This document shows positions 1 through 10,432 of a stretch of 64,000 bases of DNA, one piece after another. The DNA is taken from NCBI GenBank assembly GCA_048886685.1, contig JBHLKM010000004.1:124342-188341 (forward strand), in the 5' to 3' direction. Within the stretch, counting starts at the first letter, position 1; every line of letters begins with the position of its first letter. Below the pieces are notes generated by a model. It worked only from the letters and a program-made list of their open reading frames with translations. It was not told where the DNA came from and made no database searches. Origin of the DNA: Candidatus Hodarchaeota archaeon. GTDB lineage: Archaea > Asgardarchaeota > Lokiarchaeia > Sigyniarchaeales > SOKP01. Position numbers and translations under genes: made by a program.

Positions 1-2481
1 GTAAATGCTATATCTACAACTCCAGATGGGTATTGGAGGATTGAAGCAACATCTCCAAATTATTGTGAGCGATTAACTATATATAATAATGTGACAGGCG
101 AATGGCTTCAAAATAATACATTTTTAAGTGGAGATTTCATTAACATAACTGGAAAAATAACAGATTCGTCATTGATTTCAAGTTATATCCAACAAACTGA
201 AGCTCAGCTCCATATAAAATTTCCAAATGGTACAGTTTGGTATAGCCAAAACCAATTAAAATCTCCTGATAGTAATGGTTACATCTATTTTGATAACTTC
301 CAGATACCTTCATTACCCCCAAATTATGAAGTTGGGGAATATCAGGCAATAATTACATGGAACAATTCATATATTTCAGGACTAAATGAAACTGGAGTTA
401 TTTGTAAGGATTTTACCATAATACACAAATCTCTCTTAATTTCTGATCAATATTTTTACGATGAAATTTTTGAAGGTGAAATGATTAATTTGAAGGTTTC
501 CTTTAACGATAAAGAAAATTATGATGCAATACAGAATGCCATAGTATATTTAGATAATTTTAGTGGGGGAAGACAATATTTTAGTGAAATTAGTCCTGGG
601 TATTACTTTCTGGAGTTTGATACTACTGGTGGAGTTGCCGATAATAACACTCTTACAATTTATGCTAATTCTACATCATATACAAATTCGCAAGTAAATG
701 TCAGTGTTGAATTAATTCAACAAACAGTCCTTACTGCTGAAGAATATCCAACTATGCAAGTTATCTGGAATGATAATTTTACAATCCATCTTAATTATAC
801 TATGAAATCAACAGGAGATGGTATATCAACTATGCCTACAAATAATTGGCTTGGTGAAACCCATACTGTTGAAGGGAATCCTGGAGAGTATAATATCACT
901 TGTAATAGTTCTGCTTATGAAGTGAATAAAATTCATTCTTTAATAATAAATGCGGATAAGGAGGGATATGAATCCAAAACGATAATTATAGGAATTTTTT
1001 TGATAAAAAGACAAATAAATATGTCAGTATATATAGATTCTTTGAAAGTTCCAGAATTATATCAAGCTAAAAAATCTTTTCATGAAGTCCTATCAGTATC
1101 TGTAAGGATTTCCGATACGGTTACAAGTGATTTCTTATCTGGTGAAGTATTAACTTTAATAAGTGAAAATTATATTCAAAATTTAACGTATACCGCTGAT
1201 TTCTGGTATAATCTGTCTATTCCTTGTTCTCCCTCAAATTTCTCATTAGGATTGAATTCAATTGATATTCGTTTTATAAAGGATAATTATGAGATATGTA
1301 TTTTTTCGTTTCAATTATTAATTAATCAAATTGAGTTAACCATTGAAACAATTGGATTTGAAGATACAATTAATGCCGAAAAAGGAGAAACAATAACAGT
1401 TCAGCTACAGTTATTAGATCCTAATACAAATAAAAGTGTTGAAAATGCATCTATTACTTATTCATGGAAATATGGAATAGGTTCAATTAATCAAACTACT
1501 CCAGGCATGTATCAAGCAAGTATAATTTTACCGGAAGATATACAAGGAAATTATAAATTCGAATTAATTATAACTCCTGATAATTCAACTTATAGAACAA
1601 CTATATACTCTTTTATAGTTATAATTGGTGATCCTATTCCCGGTGGAAATCAATTACCAAGTATTCTATTATGGATAATCATCGCGATTTTAGTGAGTAT
1701 AGTTAGTGTTTTAGGTGCTTTAAGTATGAGATCTTACGTGATTTTACCGCGAAAGAGGAAGAAAGAATCAGAATTATTATCAAAAACACAAAGATTTAAG
1801 GATCTTAAAAATATTCAGGCTATTGTAGTTGTCCATAAGTTGAGCGGGATACCTATTTATTCGAAGAGCTATTCGATTTTGGAAAAACACAAGAAGGAAT
1901 TATTTTCAGGATTTATTCAAGCTATAACCACAGTTGGAGAAGAATTTTCTGAAAGGGAAGCTAGTATGGAAGAATCTAAAGACTCATCGAAAGGTTATGG
2001 CATTGAGAAAATAATTGAATTGGATTTCAAGTATTTCTATTGTTTAATTGCAGATAAGGATGATATAAGAGTTGTATTCATCTTAAGAGAAAAATCTTCT
2101 GAAAGGTTAAAAAGTCAAGTATCTAATTTAATTTTAGCTTTAAACCTAAAATTATCTATAGAATTGGAAAATTGGGATGGTTCATTAGACAGGTTCGAAG
2201 AAGTGGTTCCTTTAATAATAAATGAATACTTTGAATTGCACTACAAAGGCTCTTTCAGATTACCTGGAAAGATAAATCTCTTTCAATTACGAAAAGATAA
2301 AAGCTTGAACAAGTTAGAAGTCCGTACGTTAAACGTGATCCAATCAATATCAAAAAGAAACAATAATATTGTTAATCTGGATAATGTTATAGAATTAGTT
2401 CACGAGGAAAATAAAGATCTCATAATTGTAGCTATTGAATCGTTGATAGAGAAAAAATTTATTTTACCGATTAATTCTTAA
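1..2481 (+). CDS. 5'-truncated single-pass surface protein: extracellular Ig-like beta repeats, one TM helix, cytoplasmic longin-like domain and C-terminal winged-helix-like segment
   Basis: Frame 1 is open from base 1 (VNAISTTPDGYWRIE...), so the start at 91 is probably internal. The region is Asn/Thr/Tyr-rich with repeated 'PGxY' motifs, followed by TM 'ILLWIIIAILVSIVSVLGAL', a basic stop-transfer 'RKRKK' and 'IVVVHKLSGIPIYSKSY...LFSGFIQAITT'. Confidence 0.75.
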   Translation, partial: VNAISTTPDGYWRIEATSPNYCERLTIYNNVTGEWLQNNTFLSGDFINITGKITDSSLISSYIQQTEAQLHIKFPNGTVWYSQNQLKSPDSNGYIYFDNFQIPSLPPNYEVGEYQAIITWNNSYISGLNETGVICKDFTIIHKSLLISDQYFYDEIFEGEMINLKVSFNDKENYDAIQNAIVYLDNFSGGRQYFSEISPGYYFLEFDTTGGVADNNTLTIYANSTSYTNSQVNVSVELIQQTVLTAEEYPTMQVIWNDNFTIHLNYTMKSTGDGISTMPTNNWLGETHTVEGNPGEYNITCNSSAYEVNKIHSLIINADKEGYESKTIIIGIFLIKRQINMSVYIDSLKVPELYQAKKSFHEVLSVSVRISDTVTSDFLSGEVLTLISENYIQNLTYTADFWYNLSIPCSPSNFSLGLNSIDIRFIKDNYEICIFSFQLLINQIELTIETIGFEDTINAEKGETITVQLQLLDPNTNKSVENASITYSWKYGIGSINQTTPGMYQASIILPEDIQGNYKFELIITPDNSTYRTTIYSFIVIIGDPIPGGNQLPSILLWIIIAILVSIVSVLGALSMRSYVILPRKRKKESELLSKTQRFKDLKNIQAIVVVHKLSGIPIYSKSYSILEKHKKELFSGFIQAITTVGEEFSEREASMEESKDSSKGYGIEKIIELDFKYFYCLIADKDDIRVVFILREKSSERLKSQVSNLILALNLKLSIELENWDGSLDRFEEVVPLIINEYFELHYKGSFRLPGKINLFQLRKDKSLNKLEVRTLNVIQSISKRNNNIVNLDNVIELVHEENKDLIIVAIESLIEKKFILPINS

Positions 2482-2526
2482 ATTTATTACACAAAAATTC
2501 AAATTTTAAAATTCTTTTCTTTTATT

Positions 2527-3168
2527 TTGATGCTAAATCCGAAGGATTTAAAATTTGCCTGTACTAGGTGTGGGAATTGTTGCACTGATAGAAATACGCT
2601 TGTAAATGTTACTTACTTAGATATTGGTAGAATAATTAACAGTTTAAACTTGGATTTAAAAGAATCGCTTGAAATTTTCGGATTTTACATATATGATAAA
2701 GCCTTAAATAATATCATCCTTGAGAAAATGGTAATTTCACCAATAGAAACTGAAAAGGGATTAGCTTTTATTGGACTTATGAAAAATAATCGGGGTGAGT
2801 GTTACTTCTATGATAAAAAAAATCAGAAATGTTTAATTTATAGTTTAAGGCCCTTACTTTGTAAATCATTTCCTTTTTCATTTATTCAGTTAAATAATAA
2901 CAATTTTATTACTGAAGGAAGAATTCAAATTATATATACTGAGAAGGCTAAGAAATATTGCCCCGGAATAGGTAATAATGCTCCTCCTATTGACATTGAT
3001 TATTGGCTTGAATTAGCAAATAGGACGTTAAGGGAATTAAAGGATAATTATATTTTTAATGAAAATTGGAATAATATTGTAAAAAATAGAGAAATTATTC
3101 CTTCTGCAAAGAATTTTATTAATAGAATAATTAGTATGGTTGAAGAACAAGTTTTTAATTTAAATTAA
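2527..3168 (+). CDS. YkgJ-family CxxCxxCC cysteine-cluster protein
   Basis: FACTRCGNCC; CYFYD...CLIYSLRPLLCKSFPF; CPGIG. Confidence 0.85.
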   Translation: MMLNPKDLKFACTRCGNCCTDRNTLVNVTYLDIGRIINSLNLDLKESLEIFGFYIYDKALNNIILEKMVISPIETEKGLAFIGLMKNNRGECYFYDKKNQKCLIYSLRPLLCKSFPFSFIQLNNNNFITEGRIQIIYTEKAKKYCPGIGNNAPPIDIDYWLELANRTLRELKDNYIFNENWNNIVKNREIIPSAKNFINRIISMVEEQVFNLN

Positions 3169-3192
3169 GCTTAATTTTTTCTATTTTTCACT

Positions 3193-4404
3193 CTAGAGGT
3201 TTAATAAATTTTTAGGAGAATATTGAGAGCACGCTAATAATGCCCAAAACAGCATTCTTAATTCTATTTTATATGCTAATTTGTCAATACGCCAATTAAA
3301 ATCTCTATCAAGATTCTCCAAATTAAAGAAGTCCGTCGATTTTATAATATAATTGAGTAATCGGCTACATAAAATTGACTCTTGCTCTTTTAAGTTAAGC
3401 ATATCTAAGATTAACAATGTTTTAGCAGATTCTGTTATTGAATCACTAATAGCTCCCTTCGGTGTCAATAATTTTTTGAGCTCATTTACATAAGGCACTG
3501 ATAATTCTGTAAGCTTTACATTCTTATCCAAAAATTTAATAACAGCTAATTGACTATAAAAATCTAAGGTTGGGTTCAGGCCTTTTATATTTAATATATT
3601 TAAATTTAATACTTGTTTTAATAAGGCATCTTTACGCGATGATATTATTTCATTTCGTGCTAATAGTTGTAAGCAAAGCAAAGTGTAGTAATTCAATTCT
3701 AATTTTTCAGGCAGAAAATCCTTCAATTCCATTTTAAGAAATTCTTCAGTAGCGTTTAGGTTTATAATGTTAGTTTTGTGGATTAAATTCAATTCAGTTA
3801 CAATTGAAAGACCATAAAATATGTTAATTGAATCTGGTATCGCATTTCTTGATGAGCTAAAGATCATTTCAGTTATATGATTTCTTAGAACATCTAATAT
3901 CTCGATTGAAGAGAAAGGAAATTTTGCATTTGTCATTTTCAAAATAGATATAAAATAGAAGAGGGTTTCTAAATCTAAAAAATCTGGATTAATCAGTCTA
4001 GAATTTAAAAGATTTTCAAAATTTATTTTGAATTTATTAAGAAGTTCAGGGTGTATTGAGGGTAAGTTACCAAAATGATCAAGAAAAATTACCTCCTCTG
4101 TCTTGAAGGCAAAATCTCTTGGTACAGTTTTTAAGGGATCAGAGATGTTTTGAGTTGTTGAAGTAGGTGTCTGATTGATTTTTTTCTTAACTTTTAATGA
4201 CTTTTCTTTAGGAATAACATTTTCCAATTGGTCTAGTGAAGATTGTAATAGATCTTTTTTAGGGGTCTTTAGAGTTTCAATAATATCCTTTTTAGCTTCT
4301 TGTAATTGTACAAGAATATTTGATTCACAACTGATCTTCTCTTCTTGTTTCTCTATTTCTTCCTCTTTTTTCATGGTGGAATAGTGAGTCTTTTTTGGAT
4401 TCAC
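3193..4404 (-). CDS. Hypothetical alpha-helical protein, possibly a degenerate prenyltransferase/squalene-cyclase-type alpha/alpha barrel
   Basis: 403-aa ORF with a charged low-complexity N-terminus and Leu-rich helical repeats ('FYGLSI', 'YYTLLCL', 'FWALLA'). Confidence 0.45.
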   Translation of the reverse strand: MNPKKTHYSTMKKEEEIEKQEEKISCESNILVQLQEAKKDIIETLKTPKKDLLQSSLDQLENVIPKEKSLKVKKKINQTPTSTTQNISDPLKTVPRDFAFKTEEVIFLDHFGNLPSIHPELLNKFKINFENLLNSRLINPDFLDLETLFYFISILKMTNAKFPFSSIEILDVLRNHITEMIFSSSRNAIPDSINIFYGLSIVTELNLIHKTNIINLNATEEFLKMELKDFLPEKLELNYYTLLCLQLLARNEIISSRKDALLKQVLNLNILNIKGLNPTLDFYSQLAVIKFLDKNVKLTELSVPYVNELKKLLTPKGAISDSITESAKTLLILDMLNLKEQESILCSRLLNYIIKSTDFFNLENLDRDFNWRIDKLAYKIELRMLFWALLACSQYSPKNLLNL

Positions 4405-4593
4405 TTTGAATGTTTTTATATTAATAGATTAATCAGAGAAATTTAAATTTTCTTCAATACCTGGGAAGGTCTCAATAATTGTATAAATTTAGTGAGAAAA
4501 ATGACACGATCTTCCATTTCCTAATTTCCTAACAATTCACTGTTAAATGTTGAAAATTATTTAACTATATTAACATTTATATGTCATAAAAGA

Positions 4594-5352
4594 ATGAAAC
4601 ATTTTCATTTCATGGAGGGTTATAACTACAACCATATTGCAAAAGACTATCATTTAAAAAGAAGTAAACCATGGAGACCACTTGAGTTTTTTTTAAATTT
4701 TTTAAAGAATAAGGGTTATAATTTTAGTGGATTAGGTTTGGATTTAGGATGTGCTAATGGCAGAAACTTTAAAATTTTAGGAACACATCCTAAGAAATTA
4801 ATAGGTATTGATCTATCACTTGAACTAGTAAAAATTGCTAATATTGATTTAAGGAATACCGATCATTATTCTAAAATTGAATCGAATTTAATTCAAGTTC
4901 TTCTTGCTGACATAAGAAACCTCCCGATTCGAAGAAATTCAATCCAAAATATTTATTCAATTGCTACAATTCACCACATCAAAAATAGATCTGACAGAAA
5001 AGATTTAATAACACAAATCAATGATTTACTCTCATTTAAGGGAAATTTAGTTATCACAGTATGGCGTAAGTGGCAAAAAAAATATAGAAGTTATTTTCTT
5101 TTAGATGGATTTAAAAGAAAATTTAGTTTTAACCATGACAAACAGCAAAAAATGGTTGGTTTGGAAGAATTTGGTGATAAGTTTGTCCCATGGAGTCTTC
5201 CAGGAGAAAATAAAGTATATAATAGGTTTTATCACTTTTTCTCCAAACGGGAGATAAAAAAACTGTTAAAGATCTTTAATATCAAAGAGTTTAATATAAT
5301 GGGAGGCCCAAGTAATAGTGATAACTTCTTTATATTCGCTCAAAAAAGATAA
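4594..5352 (+). CDS. Class I SAM-dependent methyltransferase, Trm9/ALKBH8-like (tRNA U34 carboxymethyl methyltransferase)
   Basis: LDLGCANGRN, SIATIHHI, ITVW, FVPW and YNRFYHFF match the Trm9-type motif order. Confidence 0.75.
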   Translation: MKHFHFMEGYNYNHIAKDYHLKRSKPWRPLEFFLNFLKNKGYNFSGLGLDLGCANGRNFKILGTHPKKLIGIDLSLELVKIANIDLRNTDHYSKIESNLIQVLLADIRNLPIRRNSIQNIYSIATIHHIKNRSDRKDLITQINDLLSFKGNLVITVWRKWQKKYRSYFLLDGFKRKFSFNHDKQQKMVGLEEFGDKFVPWSLPGENKVYNRFYHFFSKREIKKLLKIFNIKEFNIMGGPSNSDNFFIFAQKR

Positions 5353-5847
5353 TTATTGATGACATTCAATAAATTTATATGATTTTATTATATACGGTTG
5401 GTAATTTTCGTACATACTTTCTATTATAGAAGTGTGAATGTCAAATAATCGTTCAGAAATTTCACAATAGAAAATACCATGTATTACTTTTTCAACATAA
5501 TATCTTTTCCTTATCATCTTCCTTCGCTGCCCAAACCAAAATGTAAATTCATGACTCATTAACCAGTCTCTTTCCTTTTTAGTAACTACAATCCCAATCG
5601 CATTATAAGTCTCAATACTCTTCTCTACTTCTTTATAGTAAAAAAGATTCATCCTTTCTCTTTTCTCCCATTTTATTTCAAATGTAGAGGTTGCCCCCCA
5701 AATCTCATCATAATCATCTTGAGAATGCAATAGAATGTATCCATTATTCTCATCGCCTTCATATTCTATTTCTTTAAACCAAATTGGCATTTTGTTAATA
5801 TTTAAATTACATTCTGGTTTATTGTAGATAAAAAAATTGTATTCCAT
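5353..5847 (-). CDS. Hypothetical protein
   Basis: 164-aa ORF whose stop abuts the convergent methyltransferase stop. No family recognised. Confidence 0.6.
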   Translation of the reverse strand: MEYNFFIYNKPECNLNINKMPIWFKEIEYEGDENNGYILLHSQDDYDEIWGATSTFEIKWEKRERMNLFYYKEVEKSIETYNAIGIVVTKKERDWLMSHEFTFWFGQRRKMIRKRYYVEKVIHGIFYCEISERLFDIHTSIIESMYENYQPYIIKSYKFIECHQ

Positions 5848-5993
5848 GTTTATACTTGTCTTATTTGATTTTAGATTTATTAAATAAACTTATTTCTAAA
5901 ATAGATTATGTATTTATAAAACTTCTGATATTTGAAAAGACCTTCATAATAAAGGAAAAGTAAGATTTTGAAGAATAAGAAGAATCAATAATA

Positions 5994-6602
5994 TTACTTG
6001 GTGATCTCTTTACCTTCTTCAATCCAAAATTTTAATCTATCTAATGATACTCCTTTGATTAACGACGCTAATTCCTCTGGATTTTCATTACATAGATCTT
6101 CAACTGTATTAACTCCAAGTTCAATGAATTTTTTTGCTGTAGTAGCACCTAATCCCGGTAAATCAGTTAAAGGAGTTCCTCTCTCTTCAATTTTAATTTT
6201 CTCGGCTTTAACAGGTTTAATTTTCTCTTTTTTCACGGGTTTTGGTTTTTCTTTAACCACAGCTTTTTTAGGTGCTTTTTCAATGACCTTTTTGGGTACA
6301 ACTTTGGGTTTTTCTTTCTTAGGTTTGAAAGGAGTACCTTTTTTCTCCTTTTTAATAAATGGTTCTCTCTTCGTAATTTTTTTCTCTTGTATTTTTAAAT
6401 TCTTTAATAGTTCAATATTCTCAGGATAAGCAGAAACTCTAAAATAATCTATATTAATTCTCAGCTCTTTTAATTGATTAATACTCCTCCCAGATTCTTT
6501 TATCTCCTTTAAAGAGAAGCCTTTACCCTTCCTCCTATGTGAATCTTTAGTGGGACTCTTTACAGTAGCAATGACTTCCGTTTTGCTCTTCATAATTATC
6601 AC
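5994..6602 (-). CDS. rpl13e: Ribosomal protein eL13 (L13e) fused through a Lys/Pro-rich linker to a helix-hairpin-helix domain
   Basis: ATVKSP...RRKGKGFSLKEIKESG...IDYFRVSAYPENIELL is L13e-like. LTDLPGLGATTAKKF-ELGVNTVEDL is an HhH motif. Confidence 0.8.
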   Translation of the reverse strand: MIIMKSKTEVIATVKSPTKDSHRRKGKGFSLKEIKESGRSINQLKELRINIDYFRVSAYPENIELLKNLKIQEKKITKREPFIKKEKKGTPFKPKKEKPKVVPKKVIEKAPKKAVVKEKPKPVKKEKIKPVKAEKIKIEERGTPLTDLPGLGATTAKKFIELGVNTVEDLCNENPEELASLIKGVSLDRLKFWIEEGKEITK

Positions 6603-6727
6603 ATTATTATAAGGTAGTTTTGATAAACTAAGAAAACTTTTATTTTTTTCTATTTAGATACAATCCTATTTAGAAGATATATTCATTATTTAGTTTAAGC
6701 GACTATAAATATAGAAGAAGAGAATTC

Positions 6728-7363
6728 TTATATCCTAATAATATCCAATTTTTCTAAATTCTTAAGGGCATCATAGATTTCATTTCTTTTTTTATCTAAG
6801 TTTCTCGAAATCTTTAATGGCGAATTTTTCCCTGTACATAACAAGGCAATTTGAAATTCAATATTATTAATCACTCCCATGGTTAAGATTTTATCTAACA
6901 CGTTTTTGGCAACAAGTAATTTTGGAAATACCTCTGCTATTTTTCCTCCTATAGTAAGATTCTCAATATCCGCATTTAAAGTCTGGAACCTACTTTTTTC
7001 AGTTGTAGTTCTGAATACTTTGAGATCCGACCGATGTTTTTTCCAAAACCTATTAGCAATTTTATGAATAACTTCTTTTATTTTCTCAGTATCATCATCT
7101 GCATCTGAAATCGAACAAAAGAGAATTCTAGAGAGGGGATGATAATATATAAAAATTGTCGAATCTTCCGACTCTAAAACTCTATCCATCTCATTGACTC
7201 TTCTTCCTTTAGCCATAGATTCTTGTATAATATCAATCGTCTTATTAATTGCATTAAAAAATCCAGTTAATAAATCATCTTGAATCTTTTTTAATTCTTT
7301 AAATGTTGCCTCAAAGAGAGAGATTCCATTATCAGCATCAATTAAATATGTCTTATAGATAAT
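6728..7363 (-). CDS. Longin-like domain protein with C-terminal winged HTH; probable ATT start at 7363 (ORF track starts at 7216)
   Basis: The frame stays open upstream of 7216 and encodes (I)IYKTYLIDADNGISLFEATF...LLTGFFNAINKTID. There is no in-frame ATG/GTG/TTG before the upstream TAA, and GAGG lies 5 nt before the ATT. C-terminus: SPLKISRNLDKKRNEIYDALKNLEKLDII. Confidence 0.7.
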   Translation of the reverse strand: MIYKTYLIDADNGISLFEATFKELKKIQDDLLTGFFNAINKTIDIIQESMAKGRRVNEMDRVLESEDSTIFIYYHPLSRILFCSISDADDDTEKIKEVIHKIANRFWKKHRSDLKVFRTTTEKSRFQTLNADIENLTIGGKIAEVFPKLLVAKNVLDKILTMGVINNIEFQIALLCTGKNSPLKISRNLDKKRNEIYDALKNLEKLDIIRI

Positions 7364-7565
7364 TTTTTCCTCAACTGGCCTTAATTCGTTAGAGATTTAA
7401 AAAGTTAATAATAATTTTCCTATTAAAGACATAAAAATTTACAATAATAAAAATATCCAAACAGAAATTAAGATATGATTTTCATTCAAATTCAAAAGAA
7501 ATAAAATTATAAGTTGAGAGTTTTATACATTTTATAACAAATATTCATACACTAAATTTTTAAGA

Positions 7566-8771
7566 ATGAAAGCTAAAGCTAAGTACATTGGAATATATTT
7601 ACTCTTCTTCCCTATCGTATTTTCAGCCTATTCAACTATCCCATTACTTTCTACGGTATCGCATACTAATCCTTTCATTTCATCCCCGGTTTTTGGTGTT
7701 TCTAATTTTGAAATAACTCAAAATGTAACATATCAAGTTGAAATCAATTTTACGCTGACACAGACCTTAGGATCTGGAAATTATTATTTTAAATTTCCTA
7801 GGATAGATGATAGATTGCCTAATTCTTTAGATACTATGTATACGCCACCCTATCAAGATAGTGAACTTCTACATAACAATATAACGGGATACGATGCGAT
7901 ACTTATGAATATTAAAGATAAATTTAACAATACTCATGATTGGTTTAATGCTACATTAGGAGCTGGAGAAAAAGTTTCAATAAGTCAAAAATATATTGTC
8001 GGATTAAATGCGATTAAATTTTCCGGGATTAACGAATCTGAGATTGGAATTTATGATACTTCAGATGAAATTTTTGAATTATACTGTAATAAAACAGAAA
8101 CTTGTTATGAAAGGAATGAAACATCTTTAATTTCTTTATCTAATAGTATTGTAAATCCTAGCGATAATCCTATAGAAAAAGCAAAAAAGATTTATAACTG
8201 GGTTTCTGATAATATTGAATATACCGGGGATCTAACTGACGAAATGGGAGCCTTATGGGCGTATACCAATTTAAAAGGTGATTGTAGTGAGTTTTCAAGC
8301 TTAATGATTACATTATTGCGAATTCAAAATATACCTGCTCGTAAAATAACAGGTTATTTAGTGTCAAATAATCCCTCATTACGCCCAAAGCCAGGGGATA
8401 TATGGAGTTTTGATGCCAATGAAATTATGGGACATGCATGGATGGAATATTATGTTCCTGATATAGGTTGGATAGCTTGTGATCCTTTGTGGGAATATTT
8501 TAATAGAATTGATTATCTTCGCTTTAATTTAAATGTAGGTGCTAATTTTTTCTTCCCACCTGGCGATGTCATAAGTGAATTTAATAGGTTATTCTCTGCA
8601 ACTTCAATGTTCCATGATTATGATTACAACATTACTGTAACGGTAATAGAATCTAATCTTGCTCCTTTAGATTCAATTCCATTGATGTTTTATGTGTTTA
8701 TTGCAATTGGGTTAGCTGCTATACTAATCACTGTTCTTCTCATCATACGAATTAAGAGACATAAAGGATAA
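7566..8771 (+). CDS. Secreted, membrane-anchored transglutaminase-like protein
   Basis: Signal peptide; Cys-His-Asp triad in GDCSEFS / GHAWMEYY / WIACDP; C-terminal TM plus basic tail. Confidence 0.85.
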   Translation: MKAKAKYIGIYLLFFPIVFSAYSTIPLLSTVSHTNPFISSPVFGVSNFEITQNVTYQVEINFTLTQTLGSGNYYFKFPRIDDRLPNSLDTMYTPPYQDSELLHNNITGYDAILMNIKDKFNNTHDWFNATLGAGEKVSISQKYIVGLNAIKFSGINESEIGIYDTSDEIFELYCNKTETCYERNETSLISLSNSIVNPSDNPIEKAKKIYNWVSDNIEYTGDLTDEMGALWAYTNLKGDCSEFSSLMITLLRIQNIPARKITGYLVSNNPSLRPKPGDIWSFDANEIMGHAWMEYYVPDIGWIACDPLWEYFNRIDYLRFNLNVGANFFFPPGDVISEFNRLFSATSMFHDYDYNITVTVIESNLAPLDSIPLMFYVFIAIGLAAILITVLLIIRIKRHKG

Positions 8772-8801
8772 TATTAGTGAATATTAAATTATTTTTTTTT
8801 T

Positions 8802-10268
8802 TTAAATATATGTATGAATTAAATCTATAAGGTTTTTAGAAAAATCTGGTAAATTCTTCTCAATCTTTTCGATTTGGAGAGATTTTTCAATAAATAATAG
8901 CAAGTATAGATTATACTTTTCAACCTGGATTTTTTTAAATATTACTTTTTTCGATTCATCTGCTATTCCTGAAGATACTAAAAAATCTTGTTGTAAAATC
9001 TTAAATTCTTTAAACGTTTTATATAATTCTTGGAAATGAGGGGCAGAAATTTCAAATACTCTTTCAGATATTTCATCTTTAGAATAATTAGATAAAATAA
9101 TTCCATTTTCATTTAATAATAATATTGCATCTGATTGAGTTTTCTTCGCAAACTTTTTTAATTGATTTCTAAATAATTCTCGATTAGGACTAAGTTGTGA
9201 AAGCCCAAATGAATATGCTGTTATTAGGCTCCAATGATCAAAAATACTAGTTTGAAAAATTTTAATTAAAAATCTATCAGAATTCTTCTCAATTTCATCT
9301 GCAATAATCTCTAAATTTTTGAATATTTCTTTTGATCCCTTTAAATCTGGATCAAATTTATTTAAACAAACAACAATAGGAGGGAATTCCTCTAAGTCAA
9401 TTAAAGAAACTATAATTTTCCTAAAAAGGTCTAAGGCCTCTTCTATTCTCTCAACATCTTGAATATCAATAAAAAAGAAGATTAAATCCACATTATAGAG
9501 ATAAATTTTACTTTGTTCAAGAAATCTCTCTCGATATTGTTTTTGACCAGCTAGATCCCAAAGTGAGATTACAGAATTCTGCTCTTCAAAAATATTTTCT
9601 TCAGATCTTTCAACACCTCTAGTAGGTAAAGCCTTTATGATTTCTGAATATCTCTTCTTTATTCCAAACAAAAAACTTGATTTTCCTGCCTTATCCAATC
9701 CAGTTAATAGTACCTTGATTTGCCTTCTCACAGAAAATGGATCTTTTAATTCCTTAGTGAATTCAAACAATTCATTTTTTATATCATCCATTATTCTTTT
9801 ATGATCTTCAAGTTCTTTTTCTGCTTGTATCTGGCTAGCAGCCTTATCAATAATTATTCTTAAGTATTTCATATTTTCATAAAAGAAGACTCTATCATTT
9901 TCACTGATTAGTATGGTAATAGTAGCTGCTAAAGCTTGACCTCGGGCTTTTTCTTCAGGGATGAGAAAAAAGTATGTTAGACCATTTAATTTTAAGTCTG
10001 GAAACGGTAAAATACCAAAATAGTTAACACCCACGTCTGAACCTTGTGAATCTTGATAAACGGAATCACCCATAAGTAAACTGATGGTTTTCATTGCAAT
10101 TAAAAGTCCAGCTTTTTCATCTAAATCAATAGGCCAAATAACTCTAGGAATGGGCCCCTTTTCATCAAATATGCTTAGAACTATTGCTTTTATTAAATCA
10201 GATTTGTTAGCATTTTCGGTTTTTTTATTGGTTTGTTTCATTTTCGATTTAGAGTCGTTATTGGTCAA
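8802..10268 (-). CDS. uDENN/longin-like domain + Arf/Rag-like small GTPase + roadblock domain fusion
   Basis: N-terminus FDEKGPIPRVIWP and EEKARG; G1 GLDKAGKSS, G3 WDLAGQ, G4 NKFD; C-terminus AILLLNENGIILSNY. TTG start preceded by AGGGGA. Confidence 0.85.
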   Translation of the reverse strand: MTNNDSKSKMKQTNKKTENANKSDLIKAIVLSIFDEKGPIPRVIWPIDLDEKAGLLIAMKTISLLMGDSVYQDSQGSDVGVNYFGILPFPDLKLNGLTYFFLIPEEKARGQALAATITILISENDRVFFYENMKYLRIIIDKAASQIQAEKELEDHKRIMDDIKNELFEFTKELKDPFSVRRQIKVLLTGLDKAGKSSFLFGIKKRYSEIIKALPTRGVERSEENIFEEQNSVISLWDLAGQKQYRERFLEQSKIYLYNVDLIFFFIDIQDVERIEEALDLFRKIIVSLIDLEEFPPIVVCLNKFDPDLKGSKEIFKNLEIIADEIEKNSDRFLIKIFQTSIFDHWSLITAYSFGLSQLSPNRELFRNQLKKFAKKTQSDAILLLNENGIILSNYSKDEISERVFEISAPHFQELYKTFKEFKILQQDFLVSSGIADESKKVIFKKIQVEKYNLYLLLFIEKSLQIEKIEKNLPDFSKNLIDLIHTYI

Positions 10269-10432
10269 TTTATCCCCTTATCTTTGGCTATAAAGTAATA
10301 TTTTAAAAAGTACCGTATTTATTCTTTAGATTATAATATAATAAAATCAATATATTACATTAATATACTCAAAATAATAATTACTATTAAATAATTACTT
10401 TTCTCACCCAACGTTCCATATGTTTTAATCTT

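Noticed and set aside
4443-4517. 24-codon minus-strand ORF (MEDRVIFLTKF...) upstream of 3193..4404 as a lost N-terminus
   Set aside because: It is too short and is separated from the downstream gene by stops. It cannot be supported without homologues.
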